The notes under the pieces are model-generated. The model did no database searches and was not told where the DNA came from. It worked only from the letters and a program-made list of their open reading frames with translations. A program made the translations under genes and the position numbers. Shown here piece by piece: positions 8,704-18,755 of a stretch of DNA of 34,027 nucleotides. The DNA lies in the IMG/VR virus record IMGVR_UViG_2698536418_000026; one strand, given 5' to 3'. This DNA comes from a virus. Its lineage: Duplodnaviria; Heunggongvirae; Uroviricota; Caudoviricetes. The first letter of the stretch is position 1. Each line of letters begins with the position of its first letter.

Positions 8704-8840
8704 TGCGCGCTGGCGGTGGTGCTGATTTTATTTTTTCAGCGTCTGAGCGCGTCTTGATGGCGTTTAGATTGTGCGCCGGGGCGTTGGTGTGTCTGCGGGG
8801 TGTTTTGTGCGGTGGTGAGCGTGTGAGGGCGTGATGACGG

Positions 8841-8868
8841 GGTGTAAAAAAGCCGCCCGCAGGCGGCG
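8841..8868 (-). terminator. Rho-independent terminator downstream of Q (minus strand)
   Basis: GCCGCC-cgca-GGCGGC hairpin followed on the minus strand by TTTTTT (plus strand GGTGTAAAAAA). Confidence 0.5.
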
Positions 8869-8872
8869 ATGT

Positions 8873-9907
8873 TCAGCCGTTGTCAGTGTCCAGTGAGTAG
8901 TTTTTAAAGCGGATGACCTCCTGGCCGAGCCAGCCGTTTATTTCCCGAATCCTGTCCTGTAACGGGATAAGTTCATTGCGGACAAAGACCTTTGCCACTT
9001 TCTCAATATCACCCAGCGACCCGACGTTCTCCGGCTTGCCGCCCATCAACTGAAAGGGGATGCGGTGCGCGTCCAGCAGGTCAGCGGCGCTGGCTTTTTT
9101 GATATTAAAAAAATCGTCCTTCGTTGCCACTTCACTGAGCGGGATAATTTTAATGCCGTCGGCTTTCCCCTGCGGGGCATAGAGAAACAGATTTTTAAAG
9201 TTGTTGCGGCCTTTCGACTTGACCATGTTTTCGCGAAGCATTTCGATATCGTTGCGATCCTGCACGGCATCAGTGACGTACATGATGTATCCGGCATGTG
9301 CGCCATTTTCGTAATACTTGCGGCGGAACAGCGTGGCCGACTCATTCAGCCAGGCAGAGTTAAGGGCGCTGAGATATTCCGGCAGGCCGTACAGCTCCTG
9401 ATTAATATCCGGCTCCAGCAGGTGAAACACGGAGCCGGGCGCGAAGGCTGTCGGCTCGTTGAAGGACGGCACCCACCAGTAAACATCCTCTTCCACACCA
9501 CGGCGGGTATATTTTGCCGGTGAGGTTTCCAGCCTGATAACTTTACCGGTGGTGCTGTAACGCTTTTCCAGAAACGCATTACCGAACACCAGAAAATCCA
9601 GCACAAAGCGGCTGAAATCCTGCTGGGAAAGCCACGGATGCGGGATAAATGTCGACGCCAGAATATTGCGTTTGACGTAAATCGGTGAGCTGTGATGCAC
9701 GGCAGCACGCAGGCTTTTTGCCAGACCGGTAAAGCTGACCGGTGGCTCATACCATCTGCCGTTACTGATGCATTCGACGTAATCCAGAATGTCACGGCGG
9801 TCGAGTACCGGCACCGGCTCGCCAAAGGTGAATGCCTCCATTTTCGGGGTGCTGGCGGTCATTTTTTTTGCCGCAGGTTGCGGTGTTTTCCCTTTTTTCT
9901 TGCTCAT
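8873..9907 (-). CDS. Q: Portal protein (P2 gpQ-like)
   Basis: 344 aa, identical in length to P2 Q; position and orientation (divergent from O-N-M) as in P2. Confidence 0.9.
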   Translation of the reverse strand: MSKKKGKTPQPAAKKMTASTPKMEAFTFGEPVPVLDRRDILDYVECISNGRWYEPPVSFTGLAKSLRAAVHHSSPIYVKRNILASTFIPHPWLSQQDFSRFVLDFLVFGNAFLEKRYSTTGKVIRLETSPAKYTRRGVEEDVYWWVPSFNEPTAFAPGSVFHLLEPDINQELYGLPEYLSALNSAWLNESATLFRRKYYENGAHAGYIMYVTDAVQDRNDIEMLRENMVKSKGRNNFKNLFLYAPQGKADGIKIIPLSEVATKDDFFNIKKASAADLLDAHRIPFQLMGGKPENVGSLGDIEKVAKVFVRNELIPLQDRIREINGWLGQEVIRFKNYSLDTDNG

Positions 9908-11709
9908 CAGTAAAACTCCAGAATGGTGGATGTCAGCGGAGTGCTGATACCCGCGGTGAGTGGCTCATTTAACAGGGCGTGCATGGTCGCCCAGGCGAGG
10001 TCGGCGTGGCTGGCTTCCTCGCTGCGGCTGGCCTCATAGGTGGCGCTGCGTCCGCTGCTGGTCATGGTCTTGCGGATAGCCATAAACGAGCTGGTGATGT
10101 CGGTGGCGCTGACGTCATATTCCAGACAGCCACGGCGAATAACGTCTTTTGCCTTGAGCACCATTGCGGTTTTCATTTCCGGCGTGTAGCGGATATCGCG
10201 CGCGGCGGGATAGAACGAGCGCACGAGCTGGAACACGCCGACACCGAGGCCGGTGGCATCAATACCGATGTATTCGACGTTATATTTTTCGGTGAGTTTG
10301 CGGATGGATTCCGCCTGGGTGGCAAAGTCCATGCCTTTCCACTGGTGACGCTCAAGTATTCTGAATTTGCCACCGGCCACCACCGGCGGTGCCAGCACCA
10401 CGCATCCGGCGCTGTCGCCACGGTGTGACGGGTCGTAACCAATCCATACCGGGCGGGAGCCGAACGGATTGGCGGCAAACGGCGCATAGTCTTCCCATTC
10501 TTCCAGCGTGTCGACCATGCAGCGTTGCAGCTCCTCGAACGGGAATACCGACGCCTTGTCGTCAACAAATTCACACATGAACAGGTTTTTAAAATCGTCG
10601 GCGCTGTTTTCGCGTTTGAGCTGCTCAATGTCGAACAGCGTGCAGCCGCCTTTCAGTGCGTCCTCAATGGTGACAATCTGCCGCCACTGGCCGTCCGCAC
10701 AGAGAAGACCACCGGCAAGGGCGTTATGACTGACGTCGATTTCCACGCGTTCGGCGGCGCTGGCGCGTCCCCGGTTGAACAGTTCACCCGACCAGAACGG
10801 GTAGGCGTCGTGCGCCAGCGTGGATGGGGTGGAGAAATAGGTCGAGCGCAGGTGACTCTGTGAGGCCATACCTGATGCCACCTTACGCAGTACCTGAAAA
10901 TTCGGGATCCAGAAAATCTCGTCGACGTACAGGTCGCCGTTATGGCTCTGCGCGGTGTTGGAGTTGGTGCCGAGAAAAATCAGTTTTGCGCCGTTATTGC
11001 CCAGGACAATCGGGTCACCGGTCAGGTCAACGTCAACCAGACGGGCAAAGGCGATGATGTATTCGCGGAACACATACGCCTGCGTTTTACTGGCCGACAG
11101 AAAAATCTGGTTATGGCCGGTTTTCAGGGCGCGCAGCAGCGCCTCGCGGGAAAAATAAAATGTCGCGCCAATCTGGCGGGATTTCAGGATATCGCGGATG
11201 CGGTGCTCAAGCCCGGCGCGATACCAGTGCAACTGATAGTCGAAAGACTGCTCAAAGAAAATCTGCTCCAGCTTTTCGATGGCCTCGTCACTGAAAAAAT
11301 TCTTTTTCGGTTTGCGGCGCCCGCCTTTGTTGCGGTTAGCGACGTTCGGATTAAGGTCTGCCTCGTTGCCGGTCTGGCTGTAGCGGTTGACCCGTGCCAG
11401 TCGTTCAATCTGGCGTCCCAGCAGGTCAATTTCCTTGAAATCACCGCCGGTTTTCTGCGGTTTGATGATGAGCTGGGTCAGCCGCGCTTCCAGACTCATT
11501 TCGACACGGCTGATGGGGGCAACGCTGTCCCAGCCGTCGCGCTGTTTCCAGCTCTGCACCGTCGGGCGTTTCATCTGCAACATGGCGGCAATCTGCGGCA
11601 CGGAAAATCCCTGCCAGTACAGCAGCGCCGCCTGACGACGCGGGTCGTGTAAAAGAGTGGTGTCTGTGGTGATGGTCATGAATACCTCGCCGTGATGAAT
11701 ACACGGCAA
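9907..11709 (-). CDS. P: Terminase large subunit (ATPase/nuclease, P2 gpP-like)
   Basis: 600-aa ORF (P2 P about 590 aa; likely start at internal Met MTITTD, about nt 11679); start/stop overlap with Q. Confidence 0.9.
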   Translation of the reverse strand: MPCIHHGEVFMTITTDTTLLHDPRRQAALLYWQGFSVPQIAAMLQMKRPTVQSWKQRDGWDSVAPISRVEMSLEARLTQLIIKPQKTGGDFKEIDLLGRQIERLARVNRYSQTGNEADLNPNVANRNKGGRRKPKKNFFSDEAIEKLEQIFFEQSFDYQLHWYRAGLEHRIRDILKSRQIGATFYFSREALLRALKTGHNQIFLSASKTQAYVFREYIIAFARLVDVDLTGDPIVLGNNGAKLIFLGTNSNTAQSHNGDLYVDEIFWIPNFQVLRKVASGMASQSHLRSTYFSTPSTLAHDAYPFWSGELFNRGRASAAERVEIDVSHNALAGGLLCADGQWRQIVTIEDALKGGCTLFDIEQLKRENSADDFKNLFMCEFVDDKASVFPFEELQRCMVDTLEEWEDYAPFAANPFGSRPVWIGYDPSHRGDSAGCVVLAPPVVAGGKFRILERHQWKGMDFATQAESIRKLTEKYNVEYIGIDATGLGVGVFQLVRSFYPAARDIRYTPEMKTAMVLKAKDVIRRGCLEYDVSATDITSSFMAIRKTMTSSGRSATYEASRSEEASHADLAWATMHALLNEPLTAGISTPLTSTILEFY

Positions 11710-11852
11710 GGCTACTGAGTCGCACCCCGCGATTCGCTAAGGTGCTGTTGTGTCAGTGATAAGCCATCCGGGACTGATGGCGGAGGATGCGCATCGTCGG
11801 GAAACTGATGCCGACATGTGACTCCTCTAATCACTATTCAGGACTCCTGACA

Positions 11853-12707
11853 ATGGCAAAAAAAGTCTCAAAATTCTTTCGTATCGGCGTTGAGGGTGAC
11901 ACCTGTGACGGGCGTGTCATCAGTGCGCAGGATATTCAGGAAATGGCCGAAACCTTTGACCCGCGAGTCTATGGTTGCCGCATTAACCTGGAACATCTGC
12001 GCGGCATCCTGCCTGACGGTATTTTTAAGCGTTATGGCGATGTGGCCGAACTGAAGGCCGAAAAGATTGACGATGATTCGGCGCTGAAAGGCAAATGGGC
12101 GCTGTTTGCGAAAATCACCCCGACCGATGACCTTATCGCGATGAACAAGGCCGCGCAGAAGGTCTATACCTCAATGGAAATTCAGCCGAACTTTGCCAAT
12201 ACCGGCAAATGTTATCTGGTGGGTCTGGCCGTCACCGATGACCCGGCAAGCCTCGGCACGGAATACCTGGAATTCTGCCGCACGGCAAAACACAACCCCC
12301 TGAACCGCTTCAAATTAAGCCCTGAAAACCTGATTTCAGTGGCAACGCCTGTTGAGCTGGAATTTGAAGACCTGCCTGAAACCGTGTTCACAGCCCTGAC
12401 CGAAAAGGTGAAATCCATTTTTGGCCGCAAACAGGCCAGCGATGACGCCCGTCTGAATGACGTGCATGAAGCGGTGACCGCTGTCGCTGAGCATGTGCAG
12501 GAAAAACTGAGCGCCACTGAGCAGCGCCTTGCTGAGATGGAAACCGCCTTTTCCGCACTTAAGCAGGATGTGACTGACAGGGCGGATGAAACCAGTCAGG
12601 CATTCACCCGCCTGAAAAACAGTCTCGACCACACCGAAAGTCTGACCCAGCAGCGCCGCAGTAAAGCCACCGGCGGTGGCGGTGACGCCCTGATGACGAA
12701 CTGCTGA
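11853..12707 (+). CDS. O: Capsid scaffolding protein (P2 gpO-like)
   Basis: Start placed at internal Met MAKKVSKFFRIGVEGDTCDGR... giving 284 aa as in P2 O; ORF track start 11787 is probably an over-extension. Confidence 0.9.
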   Translation: MAKKVSKFFRIGVEGDTCDGRVISAQDIQEMAETFDPRVYGCRINLEHLRGILPDGIFKRYGDVAELKAEKIDDDSALKGKWALFAKITPTDDLIAMNKAAQKVYTSMEIQPNFANTGKCYLVGLAVTDDPASLGTEYLEFCRTAKHNPLNRFKLSPENLISVATPVELEFEDLPETVFTALTEKVKSIFGRKQASDDARLNDVHEAVTAVAEHVQEKLSATEQRLAEMETAFSALKQDVTDRADETSQAFTRLKNSLDHTESLTQQRRSKATGGGGDALMTNC

Positions 12708-12765
12708 CCGGTGTCAGTCAGTCCGGGAAAACCTTCACGATTAACCCTTAATTTCAGGAAAAACT

Positions 12766-13839
12766 ATGCGCCAGGAAACCCGCTTTAAATTTAATGCCTA
12801 CCTGTCCCGTGTTGCCGAACTGAACGGCATCGACGCCGGTGATGTGTCGAAAAAATTTACCGTTGAACCGTCGGTCACCCAGACCCTGATGAACACCATG
12901 CAGGAGTCCTCTGACTTTCTGACCCGCATCAACATTGTGCCGGTCAGCGAAATGAAAGGGGAAAAAATTGGTATTGGTGTCACCGGCTCCATCGCCAGCA
13001 CCAGCGACACCGCCGGTGGCACCGAGCGTCAGCCGAAGGACTTCTCGAAGCTGGCGTCAAACAAGTACGAATGCGACCAGATTAACTTCGATTTTTATAT
13101 CCGCTACAAAACGCTGGACCTGTGGGCGCGTTATCAGGATTTCCAGCTCCGTGTCCGTAACGCCATTATCAAACGCCAGTCCCTTGATTTAATCATGGCC
13201 GGTTTTAACGGCGTGAGGCGTGCCGAAACCTCTGACCGCAGCAGCAATCCGATGCTGCAGGATGTGGCGGTCGGCTGGCTGCAGAAATACCGCAATGAAG
13301 CCCCGGCGCGCGTGATGAGCAAGGTCACTGACGAGGAAGGGCACACCACCTCTGAGGTTATCCGCGTGGGTAAGGGCGGTGATTATGCCAGCCTTGACGC
13401 ACTGGTGATGGATGCGACCAACAACCTGATTGAGCCGTGGTATCAGGAAGACCCTGACCTTGTGGTGATTGTGGGACGTCAGCTACTGGCGGACAAGTAT
13501 TTTCCCATCGTCAACAAGGAGCAGGACAACAGCGAAATGCTGGCCGCTGACGTCATCATCAGCCAGAAACGCATCGGTAACCTGCCGGCGGTACGCGTCC
13601 CGTACTTCCCGGCGGATGCGATGCTCATCACAAAGCTGGAAAACCTGTCCATCTACTACATGGATGACAGCCATCGCCGCGTGATTGAGGAAAACCCGAA
13701 ACTCGACCGCGTGGAGAACTACGAGTCAATGAACATTGATTACGTGGTGGAAGACTACGCCGCCGGTTGTCTGGTGGAAAAAATTAAGGTCGGTGATTTC
13801 TCCACACTGGCTAAAGCGACCGCAGAGCCGGGAGCGTAA
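12766..13839 (+). CDS. N: Major capsid protein (P2 gpN-like)
   Basis: 357 aa, same length as P2 N; conserved position. Confidence 0.9.
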   Translation: MRQETRFKFNAYLSRVAELNGIDAGDVSKKFTVEPSVTQTLMNTMQESSDFLTRINIVPVSEMKGEKIGIGVTGSIASTSDTAGGTERQPKDFSKLASNKYECDQINFDFYIRYKTLDLWARYQDFQLRVRNAIIKRQSLDLIMAGFNGVRRAETSDRSSNPMLQDVAVGWLQKYRNEAPARVMSKVTDEEGHTTSEVIRVGKGGDYASLDALVMDATNNLIEPWYQEDPDLVVIVGRQLLADKYFPIVNKEQDNSEMLAADVIISQKRIGNLPAVRVPYFPADAMLITKLENLSIYYMDDSHRRVIEENPKLDRVENYESMNIDYVVEDYAAGCLVEKIKVGDFSTLAKATAEPGA

Positions 13840-13842
13840 CCG

Positions 13843-14586
13843 ATGACGAGTCCCGCACAGCGCCACATGATGCGGGTCTCGGCAGCGATGACCGCGCAGC
13901 GGGAAGCCGCCCCGCTGCGACATGCAACTGTCTATGAGCAGATGCTGGTTAAGCTCGCCGCAGACCAGCGCACACTGAAAGCGATTTATTCAAAAGAGCT
14001 GAAGGCCGCGAAAAAACGCGAACTGCTGCCGTTCTGGTTGCCGTGGGTGAACGGCGTGCTGGAGCAGGGCAAAGGTGCACAGGATGACATTCTGATGACG
14101 GTCATGCTGTGGCGTCTGGATACCGGCGATATTGCCGGTGCGCTGGAGATTGCCCGTTATGCCCTGAAGTACGGTCTGACCATGCCGGGTAAACACCGCC
14201 GCACCCCGCCGTACATGTTCACCGAGGAGGTGGCGCTCGCGGCCATGCGTGCTCACGCTGCCGGTGAGTCTGTGGATACCCGCCTGCTGACGGAGACCCT
14301 TGAACTGACCGCCACGGCTGACATGCCTGATGAAGTGCGCGCAAAGCTGCACAAAATCACCGGTCTGTTTCTGCGTGATGGTGGTGATGCCGCCGGTGCG
14401 CTGGCTCACCTGCAACGTGCGACACAGCTCGACTGTCAGGCAGGTGTCAAAAAAGAGATTGAACGACTGGAGCGGGAGCTGAAACCGAAGCCGGAGCCGC
14501 AGCCCAAAGCGGCCACCCGTACCCCGCGTAAGACCCGGAGCGTGACACCGGCAAAACGTGGACGCCCGAAAAAGAAAGCCAGTTAA
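13843..14586 (+). CDS. M: Terminase small subunit / endonuclease subunit (P2 gpM-like)
   Basis: 247 aa as in P2 M; basic C-terminal tail. Confidence 0.9.
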   Translation: MTSPAQRHMMRVSAAMTAQREAAPLRHATVYEQMLVKLAADQRTLKAIYSKELKAAKKRELLPFWLPWVNGVLEQGKGAQDDILMTVMLWRLDTGDIAGALEIARYALKYGLTMPGKHRRTPPYMFTEEVALAAMRAHAAGESVDTRLLTETLELTATADMPDEVRAKLHKITGLFLRDGGDAAGALAHLQRATQLDCQAGVKKEIERLERELKPKPEPQPKAATRTPRKTRSVTPAKRGRPKKKAS

Positions 14587-14685
14587 CAACCGAATGCGCC
14601 CCGCGCCAGGGCGGCACGCCGGTCAGGGAGGGTGAATCACCTGACGCTGTACCGGCGTCCACCGCCCGACTTTTCAGAGGTAGTC

Positions 14686-15195
14686 ATGATGACGCTGATT
14701 ATTCCGCGAAAGGAGGCTCCCGTGTCCGGTGAGGGTACGGTGGTCATCCCGCAACCGGCAGGCGACGAGCCGGTGATTAAAAACACGTTCTTTTTTCCCG
14801 ATATCGACCCGAAGCGCGTCCGGGAACGTATGCGCCTTGAGCAGACCGTCGCCCCCGCCCGTCTGCGTGAGGCCATCAAGTCAGGCATGGCGGAGACGAA
14901 TGCGGAGCTGTACGAGTACCGCGAACAGAAAATTGCCGCCGGTTTTACGCGTCTGGCGGACGTTCCGGCGGACGACATCGACGGTGAAAGCATCAAAGTT
15001 TTTTACTACGAGCGCGCCGTGTGTGCGATGGCGACCGCGTCGCTTTATGAGCGTTACCGCGGCGTGGATGCCAGTGCGAAAGGCGACAAGAAGGCCGACA
15101 GCATTGACAGCACCATTGATGAGCTGTGGCGGGATATGCGCTGGGCGGTGGCGCGTATCCAGGACAAGCCGCGCTGCATCGTGAGTCAAATCTGA
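14686..15195 (+). CDS. L: Head completion/stabilisation protein (P2 gpL-like)
   Basis: Start at internal Met MMTLIIPRKE gives 169 aa as in P2 L. Confidence 0.85.
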   Translation: MMTLIIPRKEAPVSGEGTVVIPQPAGDEPVIKNTFFFPDIDPKRVRERMRLEQTVAPARLREAIKSGMAETNAELYEYREQKIAAGFTRLADVPADDIDGESIKVFYYERAVCAMATASLYERYRGVDASAKGDKKADSIDSTIDELWRDMRWAVARIQDKPRCIVSQI

Positions 15196-15398
15196 TGAAG
15201 ACCTTTGCGCTACAGGGCGACACGCTCGACGCCATTTGTGTCCGGTATTACGGGCGCACTGAGGGCGTGGTTGAGACCGTGCTCGCCGCAAATCCGGGAC
15301 TGGCTGAACTGGGTGCGGTGCTGCCACACGGCACCGCCGTCGAACTGCCCGACGTTCAGACCGCGCCCGTGGCTGAAACTGTCAATCTGTGGGAGTAA
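15195..15398 (+). CDS. X: Tail protein X (LysM-like, P2 gpX)
   Basis: 67 aa (MKTFALQGDTLDAICVRYYGRTEG...), same length as P2 X; ATG overlaps the L stop. Confidence 0.85.
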   Translation: MKTFALQGDTLDAICVRYYGRTEGVVETVLAANPGLAELGAVLPHGTAVELPDVQTAPVAETVNLWE

Positions 15399-15401
15399 CG
15401 C

Positions 15402-15683
15402 ATGACAGCAGAAGAAAAAAGCGTCCTGTCGCTTTTCATGATTGGGGTGCTGATTGTTGTCGGCAAGGTGCTTGCCGGTGGTGAACCCATCACCCCACGT
15501 CTGTTTATCGGGCGCATGTTGCTCGGTGGTTTTGTCTCGATGGTTGCCGGTGTTGTTCTGGTGCAGTTTCCTGACCTGTCACTGCCTGCGGTGTGCGGCA
15601 TTGGCTCCATGCTGGGTATCGCCGGTTATCAGGTGATTGAGATTGCCATTCAGCGCCGCTTTAAGGGCAGGGGGAAACAGTAA
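15402..15683 (+). CDS. Y: Holin (P2 gpY-like)
   Basis: 93 aa with hydrophobic transmembrane segments and a charged C-terminus. Confidence 0.85.
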   Translation: MTAEEKSVLSLFMIGVLIVVGKVLAGGEPITPRLFIGRMLLGGFVSMVAGVVLVQFPDLSLPAVCGIGSMLGIAGYQVIEIAIQRRFKGRGKQ

Positions 15684-16180
15684 TGCCGGTAATTAACACG
15701 CATCAGAATATCGCCGCCTTTCTCGACATGCTGGCCGTGTCCGAAGGGACGGCAAATCATCCGCTGACGAAAAACCGGGGCTATGACGTGATAGTCACCG
15801 GACTGGACGGGAAGCCGGAAATTTTCACCGACTACAGTGACCACCCGTTCGCACATGGCCGACCGGCGAAGGTGTTTAACCGTCGCGGTGAAAAATCCAC
15901 GGCCTCCGGTCGCTATCAGCAGCTTTACCTGTTCTGGCCGCATTACCGCAAACAGCTTGCCCTGCCGGATTTCAGTCCGTTGTCACAGGACAGACTTGCC
16001 ATTCAGTTGATCCGCGAACGCGGTGCACTGGATGACATCCGGGCGGGACGCATTGAGCGAGCCATTTCACGCTGTCGCAATATCTGGGCGTCCCTGCCGG
16101 GTGCCGGTTACGGTCAGCGTGAGCATTCACTGGAAAAACTGGTCACCGTCTGGCGTACCGCTGGCGGCGTACCGGCTTAA
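15683..16180 (+). CDS. K: Endolysin / lysozyme (P2 gpK-like)
   Basis: 165 aa; lysis-cassette position after the holin. Confidence 0.9.
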   Translation: MPVINTHQNIAAFLDMLAVSEGTANHPLTKNRGYDVIVTGLDGKPEIFTDYSDHPFAHGRPAKVFNRRGEKSTASGRYQQLYLFWPHYRKQLALPDFSPLSQDRLAIQLIRERGALDDIRAGRIERAISRCRNIWASLPGAGYGQREHSLEKLVTVWRTAGGVPA

Positions 16181-16194
16181 ACGGAGTAAACACC

Positions 16195-16620
16195 ATGAAG
16201 AAATTATCCCTTTCACTGATGCTGAACGTGTCGCTGGCGCTGATGCTGGCACTGTCCCTGATTTACCCGCAGAGCGTGGCCGTCAGTTTTGTCGCCGCCT
16301 GGGCGATTCTGGCGACGGTTATCTGTGTGGTTGCCGGTGGTGTCGGCGTGTATGCCACTGAGTATGTGCTGGAACGCTACGGGCGGGAGCTTCCGCCGGA
16401 ATCGCTGGCCGTGAAGATTGTCACGTCGCTGTTTTTGCAGCCGGTGCCGTGGCGCAGACGGGCGGTGGCTCTGGTGGTGATGGTGGCGACGTTTATCTCG
16501 CTGGTCGCTGCCGGGTGGATTTTTACCGCGCTGATTTATCTCGTGGCGTCGGTGTTCTTCCGGCTGATACGTACGGCCTGCCGTCAGCGTTTTGAGGGGC
16601 GGGAACCATGTCAAAGCTGA
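16195..16620 (+). CDS. lysA: Lysis timing membrane protein LysA
   Basis: 141 aa, strongly hydrophobic; same length and position as P2 LysA. Confidence 0.8.
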   Translation: MKKLSLSLMLNVSLALMLALSLIYPQSVAVSFVAAWAILATVICVVAGGVGVYATEYVLERYGRELPPESLAVKIVTSLFLQPVPWRRRAVALVVMVATFISLVAAGWIFTALIYLVASVFFRLIRTACRQRFEGREPCQS

Positions 16621-17033
16621 TGATTGTGATGGTTGTGCTGTTATCGCTGGCGGTGGCGGGGCTGTTTCTGGTGAAGCATGAAAACGCCAGCCTGCGCGCC
16701 TCGCTGGACAGGGCGAACAACGTCGCCAGCGGGCAGCAGACGACCATCACCATGCTGCAAAATCAGCTTCATGTTGCCATCACCAGGGCAGACAAAAACG
16801 AGCTGGCGCAGGTGGCACTGCGTCAGGAACTGGAGAACGCCGCGAAGCGTGAAGCACAGCGCGAGAAAACCATCACGAGGTTACTTAATGAAAACGAAGA
16901 TTTTCGCCGCTGGTACGGCGCTGGCCTGCCTGATGCTGTGCGCCGGTTGCACCAGCGCCCCGCCTGCACTGACGCCAGTGATTGTCGCCAACGCCTGCCC
17001 GAAAGTGAGCCTTTGCCCGATGCCGGGCAGTGA
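16608..17033 (+). CDS. lysB: Inner-membrane spanin (Rz-like) LysB
   Basis: 141 aa with N-terminal TM segment and coiled-coil periplasmic part. Confidence 0.8.
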   Translation: MSKLMIVMVVLLSLAVAGLFLVKHENASLRASLDRANNVASGQQTTITMLQNQLHVAITRADKNELAQVALRQELENAAKREAQREKTITRLLNENEDFRRWYGAGLPDAVRRLHQRPACTDASDCRQRLPESEPLPDAGQ

Positions 17034-17178
17034 CCCGCAGACGAACGGCGATTTAAGTGCCGATATCCGGCAGCTTGAGAACGCGCTGGCACGCTGTGCC
17101 AGCCAGGTAAAAATGATTAAACACTGTCAGGACGAAAACGATGCTCAAACCCGACAGCCTGCGCAGGGCGCTGACTGA
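16888..17178 (+). CDS. lysC: Outer-membrane lipoprotein spanin (Rz1-like) LysC, embedded in +1 frame of lysB
   Basis: Internal Met of the 16678..17178 ORF: MKTKIFAAGTALACLMLCAGC with lipobox L-C-A-G-C; 96 aa as in P2 LysC. Confidence 0.7.
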   Translation: MKTKIFAAGTALACLMLCAGCTSAPPALTPVIVANACPKVSLCPMPGSDPQTNGDLSADIRQLENALARCASQVKMIKHCQDENDAQTRQPAQGAD

Positions 17179-17608
17179 TGCCGTCACGGTGCTGAAAACT
17201 AACCCCGATATGTTGCGGATATTCGTGGATAACGGGAGTATTGCCTCCACGCTGGCGACGTCGCTGTCATTCGAAAAGCGTTACACGCTCAATGTGATTG
17301 TGACCGACTTTACCGGTGATTTTGACCTGCTCATCGTGCCGGTGCTGGCGTGGCTGCGGGAAAATCAGCCCGACATCATGACCACCGACGAAGGCCAGAA
17401 AAAGGGCTTCACGTTTTATGCGGACATCAACAATGACAGCAGCTTTGATATCAGCATCAGCCTGATGCTGACCGAGCGCACGCTGGTCAGTGAGGTGGAT
17501 GGCGCGCTGCATGTGAAGAATATCCCGGAACCCCCGCCGCCGGAGCCGGTCACCCGCCCGATGGAGCTTTATATCAATGGTGAACTGGTGAGCAAGTGGG
17601 ATGAATGA
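17141..17608 (+). CDS. R: Tail completion protein R
   Basis: 155 aa as in P2 R; conserved position. Confidence 0.85.
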   Translation: MLKPDSLRRALTDAVTVLKTNPDMLRIFVDNGSIASTLATSLSFEKRYTLNVIVTDFTGDFDLLIVPVLAWLRENQPDIMTTDEGQKKGFTFYADINNDSSFDISISLMLTERTLVSEVDGALHVKNIPEPPPPEPVTRPMELYINGELVSKWDE

Positions 17609-18053
17609 GTTTAAGCGTTTTGAAGACCGGCTGACCGGACTGATTGAGTCGCTGTCACCGTCAGGGCGTCGGCGACTGAGCGCCGAACTGGCGAAACGTC
17701 TGCGTCAGAGTCAGCAGCGCCGGGTGATGGCACAGAAAGCCCCGGACGGCACACCCTACGCACCACGCCAGCAGCAGAGCGCCAGAAAAAAGACCGGTCG
17801 CGTTAAGCGAAAAATGTTTGCGAAACTTATCACCAGTCGTTTTTTGCATATCCGCGCCAGCCCGGAGCAGGCATCAATGGAGTTTTACGGCGGGAAGTCG
17901 CCGAAAATCGCCAGTGTGCATCAGTTCGGTCTGTCGGAAGAAAACCGGAAAGACGGTAAGAAAATTGATTATCCGGCGCGTCCTCTGCTCGGCTTTACCG
18001 GTGAGGATGTGCAGATGATTGAAGAGATTATCCTGGCTCACCTCGACCGTTAG
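17601..18053 (+). CDS. S: Tail completion protein S
   Basis: 150 aa as in P2 S. Confidence 0.85.
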   Translation: MNEFKRFEDRLTGLIESLSPSGRRRLSAELAKRLRQSQQRRVMAQKAPDGTPYAPRQQQSARKKTGRVKRKMFAKLITSRFLHIRASPEQASMEFYGGKSPKIASVHQFGLSEENRKDGKKIDYPARPLLGFTGEDVQMIEEIILAHLDR

Positions 18054-18054
18054 T

Positions 18055-18083
18055 TGTGCCATTCCCGACACCTCATCGGCACA
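18055..18083 (+). promoter_or_regulatory. Dyad TGTGCC-N17-GGCACA upstream of V (candidate late-promoter activator site)
   Basis: Perfect 6-bp inverted repeat read directly; P2 late promoters are Ogr-dependent with TGT/ACA dyads, but the spacing here differs from the remembered TGT-N12-ACA. Confidence 0.25.
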
Positions 18084-18119
18084 TTGCCGCCGGTATGACC
18101 CGGCGGCATCCTTCCCGTT

Positions 18120-18755
18120 ATGAACACTCTCGCAAATATTCAGGAACTCGCGCGCGCACTGCGCAACATGATCCGCACCGGCATTATCGTCGAAACCGAC
18201 CTTAACGCCGGTCGCTGCCGTGTGCAGACCGGCGGCATGTGCACCGACTGGCTTCAGTGGCTGACCCATCGCGCCGGACGTTCGCGCACATGGTGGGCAC
18301 CTTCCGTGGGGGAACAGGTGCTGATTCTGGCCGTGGGCGGTGAACTCGACACGGCGTTCGTTCTGCCGGGGATTTATTCCGGCGATAACCCCGCGCCGTC
18401 TACGTCGGCGGATGCCCTGCATATCCGTTTCCCTGACGGGGCGGTGATTGAGTATGAACCCGAAACCAGTGCACTCACGGTAAGCGGAATTAAAACGGCC
18501 AGCGTGACGGCTTCTGATTCTGTTACTGCCACGGTGCCGGTGGTCATGGTGAAAGCGTCAACCCGCATCACCCTGGACACCCCGGAGGTGGTCTGCACCA
18601 ACAGACTGATTACCGGCACGCTGGAAGTGCAGAAGGGCGGGACGATGCGCGGCAACATTAAACATACCGGCGGTGAACTCTCATCAAACGGTAAGGTACT
18701 GCATACCCATAAACACCCCGGCGACAGCGGCGGCACAACCGGGAGTCCTCTATGA
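18120..18755 (+). CDS. V: Baseplate central spike (P2 gpV-like)
   Basis: 211 aa as in P2 V. Confidence 0.9.
   Translation: MNTLANIQELARALRNMIRTGIIVETDLNAGRCRVQTGGMCTDWLQWLTHRAGRSRTWWAPSVGEQVLILAVGGELDTAFVLPGIYSGDNPAPSTSADALHIRFPDGAVIEYEPETSALTVSGIKTASVTASDSVTATVPVVMVKASTRITLDTPEVVCTNRLITGTLEVQKGGTMRGNIKHTGGELSSNGKVLHTHKHPGDSGGTTGSPL

Noticed and set aside
9046-11652. Numerous long ORFs antisense to or overlapping Q and P (e.g. 9065..9523, 9346..9825, 10173..10628, 10942..11652 at 236 aa)
   Set aside because: They lie entirely inside well-supported P2 portal and terminase genes on the opposite strand or in alternative frames; high-GC coding DNA generates long spurious ORFs; no RBS or independent support.
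11710-11852. Tried to locate Ogr TGT-N12-ACA sites in the divergent P/O promoter region
   Set aside because: Several TGT and ACA triplets are present but none with convincing 12-bp spacing by eye; not reported as a feature.
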